A stretch of DNA of 58,012 nt from a virus (lineage: Duplodnaviria; Caudoviricetes), in IMG/VR virus record IMGVR_UViG_3300032213_001526, positions 1-58,012 of that record, one strand, 5' to 3'. Both the position numbers and the translations under genes were made by a program. Of this stretch, positions 8,722 through 18,406 are shown piece after piece; within the stretch, counting starts at the first letter, position 1; every line of letters begins with the position of its first letter. The notes under the pieces were generated by a model. It was not told the origin of the DNA. It did not search any database and saw only the letters and a program-made list of their open reading frames with translations.

Positions 8722-9105
8722 ATGAAAGCCATCACGCAAGCCGATAACGCCATCTTAATCGGCGCAGCTATTTTATACACCGCACGAGAGCGCCATGGCA
8801 TTGCGCCCAATGTGCTGTTCGATGTGTTCTGCGATGAGATCGACGCGGTAACTACGCTGCGAATCCCCGGTAAAGCGGCCAGTTTTCGCCGTGTGGCACG
8901 CTACACCAAGTCCGCCAACGCCCGCGCCTACGCTTCGTTTGGTCGTGCGCTCATGACGATGGAAGCGATGGAGCTTGAAGGTGTGTTTGTCCCAAAGCTT
9001 GCCAATCGCGTGCCGTTCGTGTCTGAAAAGTACGAAGAAGTCGTGTTAGGTCGGATGCTGGCGACGGCGTTAATTCCTGACTTTATCCCGTCGTCCGATG
9101 GTTGA
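8722..9105 (+). CDS. early hypothetical protein, paralog of 7613..7981
   Basis: GGAGCC RBS; shared motifs. Confidence 0.75.
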   Translation: MKAITQADNAILIGAAILYTARERHGIAPNVLFDVFCDEIDAVTTLRIPGKAASFRRVARYTKSANARAYASFGRALMTMEAMELEGVFVPKLANRVPFVSEKYEEVVLGRMLATALIPDFIPSSDG

Positions 9106-9352
9106 TTTCAAGCCGCAACCTCGGCAGCCGCTTCCAACCTACACGACAGCCCGCCCTATTCTTTTGCAGCACATCGCGTTGCAGTCGCAAGTCCAGCGAG
9201 ACTTGCAGTACGTCGCTTTTCTCGCGTGCGCCCACAGCAGCCTGCTGGACGCACGCCGCACTACAGACCCTGACATTCGCTCGTATTTGGCGTTTCGCGC
9301 ACGGTGCCATGTCCGCATGGCCCGATACTGGCTCCAGTTGACGCAGTCATGA
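9098..9352 (+). CDS. hypothetical protein
   Basis: overlaps both neighbours in operon fashion. Confidence 0.5.
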   Translation: MVDFKPQPRQPLPTYTTARPILLQHIALQSQVQRDLQYVAFLACAHSSLLDARRTTDPDIRSYLAFRARCHVRMARYWLQLTQS

Positions 9353-9750
9353 AAGGCATTGACAGCACCGTTGTACTCATGAGCGCCCTGCTTGTGTGCG
9401 CTATCGCGTATGTCTCCGAGTACGCGCCGCCTCCACGGTATACCGCGTGTGTTGAGGCCACACGCGCCCTGCCATACCTCGCCATTTCGCGGCGTGGCGA
9501 ACCGCTCTGGACCGCGCCAGAAACTGTCTGGCGTTGCGACAACACCACACTAACCAACGCCCGCCCATGTACATCGTCTTACTCCTTGCGCTCTACGCAC
9601 TTGCCATGCACGCGCAGAAGCCTCCCGTCCGCTCTCGTCATCTGTGGTCCTGACTTCCTTTCACTGGAGACCGTATGCGGTTCAACAACAACGCCGAAAT
9701 CCGTCAGCACGCCGCCCGCCTTGCTTCCGCGCTTGCGATCAGCACCATAG
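9349..9750 (+). CDS. hypothetical protein with an N-terminal hydrophobic segment
   Basis: ATGA overlap; VVLMSALLVCAIAYV; 3' half less convincing. Confidence 0.4.
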   Translation: MKGIDSTVVLMSALLVCAIAYVSEYAPPPRYTACVEATRALPYLAISRRGEPLWTAPETVWRCDNTTLTNARPCTSSYSLRSTHLPCTRRSLPSALVICGPDFLSLETVCGSTTTPKSVSTPPALLPRLRSAP

Positions 9751-9935
9751 CCGACCGAAGCCCCAAGCAGCCGCTCGATGTATGCAAGACCTGCATCAGC
9801 ACCGCGAAAATGCGAGCGCCTGATGATCTCCCCTCGTTTTTTCCAGTCGCCGTCCTTGGCGCTTCAAAGCGTTCTCCGTTTCTCGCCGTCTGCATCGTCT
9901 GTCGCGACCCTATCACTGAGACCGATGCCGGATGA
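9675..9935 (+). CDS. small Cys-pair (possible Zn-binding) protein
   Basis: RBS ggag; CKTC and CIVC. Confidence 0.55.
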   Translation: MRFNNNAEIRQHAARLASALAISTIADRSPKQPLDVCKTCISTAKMRAPDDLPSFFPVAVLGASKRSPFLAVCIVCRDPITETDAG

Positions 9936-10368
9936 CGCCTTTACACCCGCTGAACTCCACGATGCGTTTCTGTCTGTTGCCAATTCGATAGACTGGCGGA
10001 AGCCGATCTGCCGCACGGTCACGGTGGAGTCAGACCGCGACACCCTCTGTATCCTCCGCGCCATCGACGCACTCGCTGGCGGCGGCGCGTCATACAGCAC
10101 TTATACGCGGCGAGACGGACGCCGCACGCTTACCGTTCGCGCCCCCGGTTACGATGCGCTGATCAGCCGCACATCGCCGCCCGCCAACGCGACTCGGACC
10201 ATCCTCGTCCAGTGCGATCAATGCACCAGCGTTTTCGATCAGTTTGTTCCCGATGCCGACACGCTCTCGGCGCTTTCTGCGCTCTGGTCGCCGCGTGGCT
10301 TTGGCCACACGACGTGCTGCGCCTCTTGCGATCCAGCCGCGTACCACCTTCCAACCCCCGTGTTGTGA
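9925..10368 (+). CDS. early hypothetical protein with a C-terminal Zn-ribbon-like tail
   Basis: AF..VAN..DWRKPI...V.APGY N-terminal domain; CDQC...CCASC. Confidence 0.65.
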   Translation: MPDDAFTPAELHDAFLSVANSIDWRKPICRTVTVESDRDTLCILRAIDALAGGGASYSTYTRRDGRRTLTVRAPGYDALISRTSPPANATRTILVQCDQCTSVFDQFVPDADTLSALSALWSPRGFGHTTCCASCDPAAYHLPTPVL

Positions 10369-10823
10369 CCTACATCGACGTGGCGTACCATCGGTACGAC
10401 GCCGCTCTTGCTATGGCGGCGCTCGCGATCCTTGCGCGGCTCGAAACCAAGCCCGCGTTTGATCGCGTCATCTACTGCTCAGAAATCGCGTGTACGCTCA
10501 AAGAAGCGAGCGGCAGTGAAATCACCAAAACAGTAGAGCGGATTATGAATCTTGTCCGCACGCCCCACCTTATTTCGCCTGAACTCGTCAGCGAGGCATC
10601 GACGATGCTGGTCGATGACACCCTCAAAGACGAGCAAGCGCTGATTATGCTGGCCACAATGGCGCACGAACGACGCACGACGTTTTCTCGGATGGTAGCG
10701 CGGTACAGCGAATACAAACGACCCTATTACACGGAGGCTGAACTTCATGGTACTAAACGCATCCAAACTTCAGTCGCGCACACGCACCGCACTGAAAGCC
10801 ATCTACACCCTTATGCAGACTGA
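10365..10823 (+). CDS. hypothetical protein
   Basis: GTGA overlap; helical. Confidence 0.55.
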   Translation: MTYIDVAYHRYDAALAMAALAILARLETKPAFDRVIYCSEIACTLKEASGSEITKTVERIMNLVRTPHLISPELVSEASTMLVDDTLKDEQALIMLATMAHERRTTFSRMVARYSEYKRPYYTEAELHGTKRIQTSVAHTHRTESHLHPYAD

Positions 10824-11085
10824 ATCGCTGTCGTTCAACGAAGCGCGTCGGATCAAGCTCTTGCGCTTGGAAGCCACCGTCACCCGCGTCAAGCGCCACA
10901 GTCTCACTGTCAAGCCGTATTTGCGGCCCGCATACGCAGCCTGTGCCGATCTCTGGTACGCCGTCGCGCAAGCGGTCCGCGTTTGCACGATGTCCGAAGT
11001 GTTAGCCGTTGTAAATAACCCCACCGGAGCCAGCAATGACCACCAGCGAACCACGTCCCGTTCGGCTGTACAGCTTACGCATTAA
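10813..11085 (+). CDS. hypothetical protein
   Basis: fills the gap in the operon. Confidence 0.45.
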   Translation: MQTESLSFNEARRIKLLRLEATVTRVKRHSLTVKPYLRPAYAACADLWYAVAQAVRVCTMSEVLAVVNNPTGASNDHQRTTSRSAVQLTH

Positions 11086-11233
11086 CGGCGAGACCGTGTC
11101 GACGTGCTATGCTCGCACGACGCGCCGCGCCATCCAACGCTTCATCGACGCCGGATTCTCCCGCGCTACCGTCAAGACCGCCACGATCCTCGCCAGTGAT
11201 GTGGCATACTTGATCGGCGAGGACGAGCTATGA
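11036..11233 (+). CDS. hypothetical protein
   Basis: GGAGCC RBS; ATGA overlap with the next gene. Confidence 0.65.
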   Translation: MTTSEPRPVRLYSLRINGETVSTCYARTTRRAIQRFIDAGFSRATVKTATILASDVAYLIGEDEL

Positions 11234-11703
11234 AGCGGCTCACCATTACTCCCGCCACGTTTATGTCTGCCGCTGAGGTAAACAGTGCGCTGGACTTTCT
11301 TGAGCGCACTGATCTCCCGTATAACGCCTATCTCGCTCGGCTTAACAGCCTTGATTCGTTCGTCCGCGCGAACGGCACGTTTGCCACGTCCGACGCCCGC
11401 GCCTTGCGTCGCCGACTTGACCACCTCTACGAAGAGACATGGTCTCGACACCCGCTGCGTGAAGCGGCGTTCGAGGCGTTCACGACCACCGCACGAACCG
11501 CGAAGTTCTGCGCTGGCGATAAGCGTCGTTGGCCCAAGTCGCTCCAAGCGCTGCTCGCGAGCAAGTTGGAAGGCTGTCCAGACGACGATATCCCCGTCTG
11601 GCTGACCGCGTGTCTTGCGTATTTTGCGTGTTCGACTGCCGGTGATATTGCCGCCACCACCGGCCACCGTGTCACGCCCATCTTTTTCTTTCGCTCTGCA
11701 TGA
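11230..11703 (+). CDS. hypothetical protein
   Basis: ATGA overlaps at both ends. Confidence 0.65.
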   Translation: MKRLTITPATFMSAAEVNSALDFLERTDLPYNAYLARLNSLDSFVRANGTFATSDARALRRRLDHLYEETWSRHPLREAAFEAFTTTARTAKFCAGDKRRWPKSLQALLASKLEGCPDDDIPVWLTACLAYFACSTAGDIAATTGHRVTPIFFFRSA

Positions 11704-12044
11704 CATTAACCGCCCAAGCTGCCGATGCGGTTCGACGTAGCTTTGCGACAACCTACCGCAGCAAAGTGATGGAGCTTCGCAACCGATGGCTGCATCGCGA
11801 CACGCGCAGTCCCGCACTGACCGCACTGGACGAGCATCGGCTGCATTGCTTTGTCAGAGATTTTGACAAGCTGACCGCAGATACGGAGCACCACGTTCGC
11901 GTGTCGATCTACTACGCCCTGCAAACGTCTTGCACGGCCATGCAGGTCGCGTCCTGCTACTCGTTTGTCATGTTGCCGAAAACGCCGCCGCGCATTATCC
12001 CCCGCTTGTCTGATGCGCCTGAGTCTGTTGTACAAGAGCCGTAA
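11700..12044 (+). CDS. hypothetical protein
   Basis: ATGA overlap. Confidence 0.55.
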   Translation: MTLTAQAADAVRRSFATTYRSKVMELRNRWLHRDTRSPALTALDEHRLHCFVRDFDKLTADTEHHVRVSIYYALQTSCTAMQVASCYSFVMLPKTPPRIIPRLSDAPESVVQEP

Positions 12045-12065
12045 CCTACACATGGAGCCTCTCAC

Positions 12066-13955
12066 ATGCCAGCCCGCTATACCTCTCACAATCGTCGTCT
12101 GGAGCCACTCATGAGCCATCTGCTTGCCGTGCTGTTGACGTGCCGCAATGCCGAACGCGCCGCTACGTCCCTTTCCGAGGCAGCCATTCGCGAAGCGCTT
12201 GTATTGCTGAATCGCATAACGCTTCGCAATGACTTGTCCGAGGCGTCCCGTACTCGCCTTGGTGCGCGACTCGACGCTGCACGCAAGGCGAGTCGCTCCG
12301 CGTACTTTGAGGCGATCCACTTCCGCCATGTGACCGCAGAACGCCCGCCCAACGATCTGAGGCAGTTCTTCGATTCAGGTTACTACACGACCGACAACGA
12401 GATGGCTCGCGCGGTGCCCGAGTTAGTGCGGCGCAACCGTGATGCTGCGTATCTTCTGAGCGCGTCGATGGTGGCGTGTCGGTTCTGGCAGCTTGGCGTG
12501 TTGGTTGCACGGTACCACGTCCCCAACATTAGCTCGGCGTTTGCCACGTCCGCTGATGGCGTCCAGCTTCGTATTCCGCAGCTGGACCGCTCGCAGTTGG
12601 CCGCACTCCCCCATCCCGATGAGCGTGAGGCGGCGTTTCGCGCTCAGTTTCCTGAACCGACGTACGGTGCGCCGTTTATCATTCCCGATGCACTGTGGCG
12701 CTACAGCCAGTCGTCGCCGTCGCAGTGCGCGGCGTGTAGCGCGTCGTGCTTGCACGGCGGCACGGACCTTACCGCCCCGCCAGCGCAGGAATTTGCAGGT
12801 CGCATGTACTGTACATCGTGTGCGTCGGCAATGGCACGGTGCGACTTGTGCCATCTGCAATCTCCCAGTTTGGCTCGGACGCACATCATACCAGTCGGCA
12901 CTCCGGTGCCGTACCGTTCTTCGCAGCTTGTTTCTGGCCCGCGCGTTTGTCCAGTGTGCGTAGCCAACGCTGGCTTGACGACACACAACGGCTTTGTCGT
13001 CCCGCACCATGTCGCTGTGAACATGGTGTCGGCGACGATTCAGTCGTACAGCTTCCAGCCGACGTACCGCATTAACGTAGACGCCAATGAGCGGCTTGCC
13101 CCGTCTACGCTGTGCTTTGGCATTGAGCTAGAGTGTGGTCACACGTTTGGCACTGCGCGGCAGCAGACCATTTTGGACGGCCTCGCGTCTCCCGATATCT
13201 ACTTCAAGAACGACGGTAGCATCACTGGCTTTGAGATGATCTCCCACCCGTTTACATGGCGCTACTGGAACGCGACTGGACGCGACGTATGGCGTGAGCG
13301 GCTGCGCTTCATTCAGGCGGCTGGCGTTCGGTCGTACAATGCCCCCGGCTGTGGTATGCACGTTCATATGTCGCTGGCCGCGTTTACGGTCGCGCAAACC
13401 GCCCGCGTACTAGACTTAGTCTACGGCTGTCCTGATTTGTTCCAGAAGATTAGCCAGCGTGACATTTTTGATTACTGCCGGTTCAACAATCCCGACGTGA
13501 CAACAGCGACACTGCGGACGCGCCGTGCTGTGGCGGCGCACAACGACACCATGCAGAAGTACGCACGTCGCAGTGTTGGTGCCCAGCGACTTGTGGACAA
13601 GGCGCACAGCAATGGTGAGCGGCGCGTCGCTATCAACTTCCCCAACAACAAGCCGACGCTTGAAGTCCGGATGTTCCGTGGCACGTTGCACACGCCGTCG
13701 TTCGCCAAGAACATCGAAGTGTGCCACGCCCTCCATGCGTTCACGCTGGACAATAGCATCGACAGCATTTCCTCTGCACGCGAGTTTGTCACCTTTGCGT
13801 ACGACAACGAGCGTGTGTACCCGAACCTTGCCGCGTTCTTGGATCGCTGGCACAAGAATCTGCGCCCGCAGCGTCGCGTCGCACCGCCGCAGTACGCCGT
13901 CGTTCGCACCGCACCGTTGTTTGAGTTTGACCGCGCTATTGCCACCCAGTCCTGA
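12066..13955 (+). CDS. putative amidoligase (COOH-NH2 ligase, Amidoligase_2-like) with a Cys-rich Zn-binding region
   Basis: FGIELE, DGSI..FEMISHP, CGMHVHMS, R.VAINF, TLEVRMFRG; several CxxC pairs upstream; alternative start 12111. Confidence 0.85.
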   Translation: MPARYTSHNRRLEPLMSHLLAVLLTCRNAERAATSLSEAAIREALVLLNRITLRNDLSEASRTRLGARLDAARKASRSAYFEAIHFRHVTAERPPNDLRQFFDSGYYTTDNEMARAVPELVRRNRDAAYLLSASMVACRFWQLGVLVARYHVPNISSAFATSADGVQLRIPQLDRSQLAALPHPDEREAAFRAQFPEPTYGAPFIIPDALWRYSQSSPSQCAACSASCLHGGTDLTAPPAQEFAGRMYCTSCASAMARCDLCHLQSPSLARTHIIPVGTPVPYRSSQLVSGPRVCPVCVANAGLTTHNGFVVPHHVAVNMVSATIQSYSFQPTYRINVDANERLAPSTLCFGIELECGHTFGTARQQTILDGLASPDIYFKNDGSITGFEMISHPFTWRYWNATGRDVWRERLRFIQAAGVRSYNAPGCGMHVHMSLAAFTVAQTARVLDLVYGCPDLFQKISQRDIFDYCRFNNPDVTTATLRTRRAVAAHNDTMQKYARRSVGAQRLVDKAHSNGERRVAINFPNNKPTLEVRMFRGTLHTPSFAKNIEVCHALHAFTLDNSIDSISSAREFVTFAYDNERVYPNLAAFLDRWHKNLRPQRRVAPPQYAVVRTAPLFEFDRAIATQS

Positions 13956-13985
13956 GCCTCTCTTTTCTCCGACCTATCTCTCACT

Positions 13986-15311
13986 ATGTGCGTACTCATC
14001 TATAAACCCGCTGGTGCATCCATCAGCGAAAACATTTTGCGCGGTTGCTTTGAGCGCAATGACGACGGACTCGGCATCGGCTACTCGGACGGCTCGACCC
14101 TGAGCATTTGGCGGACACTGAAAAACATCGACGAAGCCTGCAAGCGCGTGGAAATGCTGTACGACTATCCCGCGATGATCCACTTTCGCTATGCGACGCA
14201 CGGCGGCGTGTCGATGGACAACGTTCACCCGTTTTGGATCAACGACAACCGCCGCGCGTTGGTTGGCCATAATGGCGTCATCCATATTACGCATGCTCCC
14301 GGTGAGTCTGACACGCGGTCGTTCGTCAGCAACGTGCTTGGCAACATGAAGGACGGCTGGTGGAACAACCAGATTGCCAAGACGCAAATCGAGAAGCTGC
14401 TTGGCGGCTCCCGACTGGCGATCATGGAAGAGGATGGAAAGTGTACGTTTCTCAATAAGTATCAAGGTGAGACTACGGCTGATGGCGTGTGGTTCTCAAA
14501 CTCCCAGTTTAAGAACTTTCTTGCGCCATCTGCAAGATCGCTGCCCGCGCACAACATTATCGCGGCGACCGGACTGGAAGCGCCGCGTCAGGTCCACAGC
14601 AACAACTCGCAGTATTCGTGGCACGGAGAGCGCGACCCTTTTCAGTCGAAGTCGGTGGTCGCGCCGAAGCCGCCGACGATGACTGGCCAGACTCCTACAT
14701 CGGCGATGACGGTTTCACCGGCACTACCTCCGATGACCCCGGCGACGCCTTCTATGACGACACCATCGACGACGCCGAAGGCGCCCTCCTTAGTCTCCAG
14801 CGTTGGTGGAATGGTCTCAGCGACGGCGAGCGATTCCTCGCCGCTGACTACTTTGAGCGGACCGCTACACGACTCCGAGGTCAAAGCGTGGACTGACGCC
14901 CTCGGCATCGACTGGATCAACGACTACGCGGTCGGCTATGTGTCGATGCCCAATGGCGTGTATGGCCGCGAAGAGTACCACTGCGAAAAGCACGTTCCGG
15001 CAGACATTCGCACTGCAATAGACCCCACGGTCTCTGCAATCAATGCGATTGACTTGCTCGACGCGCATTTCGTCGAGGCCAAGTGTCACGAGTGCTACGA
15101 GCGACTGTGTACGAGAGCCCGCTTTGAGTACGCGGCGTTTATGGCCACCACGATGGAAGAAGAGGACGACTATCGTCCTCTGCCTAAATCCCGTTCACGC
15201 CGTCGCAAAGGACGGAAGGAGGCCACGCGCACGACGCGCAGCACGACCGAATCGGAGTCCGGATCGTTGGAGCTTGTCAGCACCAACGACACACCCTCCA
15301 GCAACCGTTAA
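13986..15311 (+). CDS. class II (Ntn) glutamine amidotransferase with a C-terminal extension
   Basis: N-terminal MC nucleophile, N.DG.G, HFRYATHG, NVHPF, HNG, SDT; then a Pro/Thr/Ser linker and a HCEKH...CHEC domain. Confidence 0.88.
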   Translation: MCVLIYKPAGASISENILRGCFERNDDGLGIGYSDGSTLSIWRTLKNIDEACKRVEMLYDYPAMIHFRYATHGGVSMDNVHPFWINDNRRALVGHNGVIHITHAPGESDTRSFVSNVLGNMKDGWWNNQIAKTQIEKLLGGSRLAIMEEDGKCTFLNKYQGETTADGVWFSNSQFKNFLAPSARSLPAHNIIAATGLEAPRQVHSNNSQYSWHGERDPFQSKSVVAPKPPTMTGQTPTSAMTVSPALPPMTPATPSMTTPSTTPKAPSLVSSVGGMVSATASDSSPLTTLSGPLHDSEVKAWTDALGIDWINDYAVGYVSMPNGVYGREEYHCEKHVPADIRTAIDPTVSAINAIDLLDAHFVEAKCHECYERLCTRARFEYAAFMATTMEEEDDYRPLPKSRSRRRKGRKEATRTTRSTTESESGSLELVSTNDTPSSNR

Positions 15312-15324
15312 CCTCATCCCCCGC

Positions 15325-15774
15325 ATGATCTACGCCGTTTCCATACGGCAACCGTTTGCCTCGTTAATCCTCGCCGGAGTGAAGCGATACGAAGCACGGT
15401 CATGGTACCCGAGTGGCAACGGTTGGCTTCTCTTGCACGCGAGCGGAAACTACGGCTTGACTGCCGAAGAACTCCGCGAATCCCCTCGAATTGCTAAAGC
15501 GTTCACGAAAGCCAACCTCCCTCACGACCGCAATGCGTGGTCGCGAAGCGCCATCCTTGGCGCGTTTGAAGTCACTGGCATCCTCAAACCACCGTTTACC
15601 GCCCGCCAGTTGACTGCCCTCGACAAAGAGTTGTCCGGTGATGATCCGGATGTGCTCTGGAAAATTGGCAAGCGTATGACGTTCCCAGCACCGATCCCTT
15701 GCCACGGTAAGCTCGGCCTGTTTTTCCCTCCCGCTTCTGTCTTATCAGAAGTCCGCAAGCATCTCGACTTTTAG
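15325..15774 (+). CDS. ASCH domain protein (ASC-1-like)
   Basis: SIRQPFASLI..G.K.YE.RSW, LLLHAS, AILG, PIPC.GKLGLF. Confidence 0.85.
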   Translation: MIYAVSIRQPFASLILAGVKRYEARSWYPSGNGWLLLHASGNYGLTAEELRESPRIAKAFTKANLPHDRNAWSRSAILGAFEVTGILKPPFTARQLTALDKELSGDDPDVLWKIGKRMTFPAPIPCHGKLGLFFPPASVLSEVRKHLDF

Positions 15775-15789
15775 CTCTCACACAACGTC

Positions 15790-16296
15790 ATGACCACGAA
15801 CTATACCCTCCGCGCTGCGTTCACGTCTTGCTCAAACGTCTTTTACACCCTGACTGACGCGACCAAGTTGTTTTCGGTCCAGTCGAGCAACGTGCGCGTG
15901 GCGACGTATGTCGGCTACTCGGCCAAGCACGCGGCGTGGCTGATGGTTACGCAGACCCGTGTTGGCGAAGGCCGCACGGCTCGGTATGCGTACCAGCACG
16001 CCATTTCGATGAATGACATGAACAACCCCGTGTTCAAGAAGATGAATCTTCGTGCGGCGTGGAAGAAGCGGTCGCTTCTCGTCCGTTCGTTCTGCGGACT
16101 CCGCATGATCACGGCCCGACTCGACAACGGCGGCGAAGCCCGCGTGTACGCGCTCAAGGACTCGCGCAATCACTTGGTCGTGACGATCCGCATTGGCTCT
16201 GGCGTTACGGCGAAGTACTCGCACACGTCGGTCGGTATCCCGGAGTCGGCGTTCCACGCCTTCGCTCGCCTCACGTCGTTCTTCACGGCGCGATAA
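15790..16296 (+). CDS. basic hypothetical protein
   Basis: 168 aa, strong codon bias, followed by a terminator-like hairpin. Confidence 0.75.
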   Translation: MTTNYTLRAAFTSCSNVFYTLTDATKLFSVQSSNVRVATYVGYSAKHAAWLMVTQTRVGEGRTARYAYQHAISMNDMNNPVFKKMNLRAAWKKRSLLVRSFCGLRMITARLDNGGEARVYALKDSRNHLVVTIRIGSGVTAKYSHTSVGIPESAFHAFARLTSFFTAR

Positions 16297-16305
16297 GTTT
16301 TTAGC

Positions 16306-16356
16306 GCTGGTTGGCCGCACGGCACGCCTGCTGTGCGGCCCGCCAGCCGCTTCTTT
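16306..16356 (+). terminator. putative intrinsic terminator
   Basis: ggccgcacggca/tgctgtgcggcc stem extended by gctgg/ccagc, followed by ttcttt. Confidence 0.55.
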
Positions 16357-16376
16357 CACCACGTTCAGGAGCCACC

Positions 16377-17063
16377 ATGCCAGCCAACACTGCGCCGCGC
16401 ACCACCGAAGTAAACTCGCCCTCTACTGCCGATGCCATCAACAACAAAATGCGTCTCTGCGAGTTCATTATCGTTATCCCCGGTCGGAACCGACGCACCG
16501 CGACAAACCTTCGCATCTACGGTGCCGTCTTGTCCCGTACGTTCGTGGAAACCGAAGGCGTCGCGGTTGAGCAGACGTTGTATTACGACACGTCCGACAC
16601 GCCCGTGTGTCTGACGTTGGTGGAGCGTAGGCACCGCGAGTTCTCTATCGTCACGGTGCGTCGGTATGCCGTGGATGCCGTGGCTGCCGTGTTCGCTGGC
16701 GTTGATGCGCTTGCTCCCTCGCTTCTGCTTGCACTCCACGCCGCCCGCTCTTCGGCAGAGGATGCCGCTCGCATGGTGTCTGAACTCGTCATGACCGGAT
16801 CGTCCGACATCGTCAATCCGCAGTTCGTGCCCACGAACAATAATCCACACAACAACGCGCCGGAGGTAGCGTTGCACAACTACATGGACCCTCCAGTCAG
16901 GCTCACGCTCAATATGGCGACGGATGCTTTCGAGGCCGCGTACGTCTCCGAAGAAGTCACGGTCACGGCAACCCGCCACGAGGACGAAGAGGACGACCAC
17001 GAGGACGAAGAGGACGACTCGTTCCATGAAGATTCGGACGATGACCCTGACTTTGAGGTGTAG
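16377..17063 (+). CDS. hypothetical protein with a highly acidic C-terminus
   Basis: GGAGCC RBS; HEDEEDDHEDEEDD encoded by a 21-bp tandem duplication (16976..17017). Confidence 0.7.
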   Translation: MPANTAPRTTEVNSPSTADAINNKMRLCEFIIVIPGRNRRTATNLRIYGAVLSRTFVETEGVAVEQTLYYDTSDTPVCLTLVERRHREFSIVTVRRYAVDAVAAVFAGVDALAPSLLLALHAARSSAEDAARMVSELVMTGSSDIVNPQFVPTNNNPHNNAPEVALHNYMDPPVRLTLNMATDAFEAAYVSEEVTVTATRHEDEEDDHEDEEDDSFHEDSDDDPDFEV

Positions 17064-17207
17064 CACTACCGCTAGCCAGCACCCGACAGTACGTTGTAAG
17101 TCCACTTACTGAAACCGCCAACGACGACTTCCTCTCACCCTGCCATGCTCTTCGCCAGCGCACCTCCGCTGCTGGCTCGGAGCATGGCTTTTCTTCGGGA
17201 CATTTTC

Positions 17208-18149
17208 ATGTCAAACGCACTCTCCGCGCCAGTTCACAGCCCGCTGTCACGCCAGCCCGACGAGGTCGCCTATTCGCCGGTGATGTACGACGCCAAGGCA
17301 GCGCTGGCGCACATGATCGCCCACCAGCGGTCAATGGCGCAGATCATCAAAGATGCGATGGTGGACGGCCACGATTATGGCGTCGTCCCCGGCACCCGCA
17401 AGCCGAGCCTGTACCAGCCCGGTGCCGACAAGCTCGTCGTCGGCTTCCGGTTGCACGCGGTGCCGAAGCTGATGGCGTCCACGATGACGCCCGAGTTTGC
17501 CAGCAAGACGTACACGGTGACCATCTACGACACGGCCACGGGTGCAGCGCTCGCCGCGTGTTCTGGTTCCTGCAATAGCGCCGAAGATCGGTTTTTCCGA
17601 AAGTCCAACGGCTCGCGTTCCCCGATGTACAACGATGCGCGTGAGTGCGAGAACACGATGGACAAGATGGCGCAGAAGCGTGCCAAGGTGGGCGCGGTCA
17701 TCATGGCACTCGCTATTGCTGACATCTTCACGCAGGACGTAGAGGATATGCCTCGTGAGCATCTTGGTCTCGGCAACGACACATCGACGCCCGCCGACCA
17801 CTCCCGCACGCTAGTAGCCGACAAGCCAGACGGCGACAAAAAGGTGCCATTTGGCAAGAGTAAGGGGATCATGTTTAAGGATATGCCGGTCGAAGAACTG
17901 GTGAACATGCGCGATTGGGCCGCTGACAAGGACGCCGCCAAGTTTAAGGACCTGATTGAAGCCGTGGATCGCCATGTTGCGACCCGTATCGGCAAGGAGG
18001 AGTCTCAATCGACGACTACCGCTTCTGCCCCCTCTGCGCCGAAGGGGCCAGAGACTGCGAGTGCGACTGGCACGACCACCACGGCTGACGAGGCGTGGAG
18101 TGCGGCGAAGGTTGCCGCTGAAGCCCTTGGCGACGACCTGCCGTTCTGA
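17208..18149 (+). CDS. single-strand annealing protein / recombinase (Sak/Rad52-like superfamily) with SSB-like tail
   Basis: DYGVVPG..KPSL..PGA.KL, NTMDKMAQKRA, FTQDVED; ends DDLPF. Confidence 0.7.
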   Translation: MSNALSAPVHSPLSRQPDEVAYSPVMYDAKAALAHMIAHQRSMAQIIKDAMVDGHDYGVVPGTRKPSLYQPGADKLVVGFRLHAVPKLMASTMTPEFASKTYTVTIYDTATGAALAACSGSCNSAEDRFFRKSNGSRSPMYNDARECENTMDKMAQKRAKVGAVIMALAIADIFTQDVEDMPREHLGLGNDTSTPADHSRTLVADKPDGDKKVPFGKSKGIMFKDMPVEELVNMRDWAADKDAAKFKDLIEAVDRHVATRIGKEESQSTTTASAPSAPKGPETASATGTTTTADEAWSAAKVAAEALGDDLPF

Positions 18150-18406
18150 TGCCGACGCCTCCTGCCCGAGACATGCCGACGAAGCTGCGGAACTGGGCCA
18201 TCCGTGAATACTTCCGGCAGATGATTCTGGCGCGGTATGCTGGCGACGAACACGCGGCATGGATGCACGTCATCACCTCTTTGATCCGTGGGCGGCGGAT
18301 CAAAGAGCGTGGTGTCACACGGACTGTTGGGTGGGCCGAGGACCGCGAGACCTGCTACGACATTGCCGTGAAAGCCAGCGAAGGGGAGGTACAGCTATGC
18401 GTATAG
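18149..18406 (+). CDS. hypothetical protein
   Basis: TGATG overlap. Confidence 0.55.
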   Translation: MPTPPARDMPTKLRNWAIREYFRQMILARYAGDEHAAWMHVITSLIRGRRIKERGVTRTVGWAEDRETCYDIAVKASEGEVQLCV

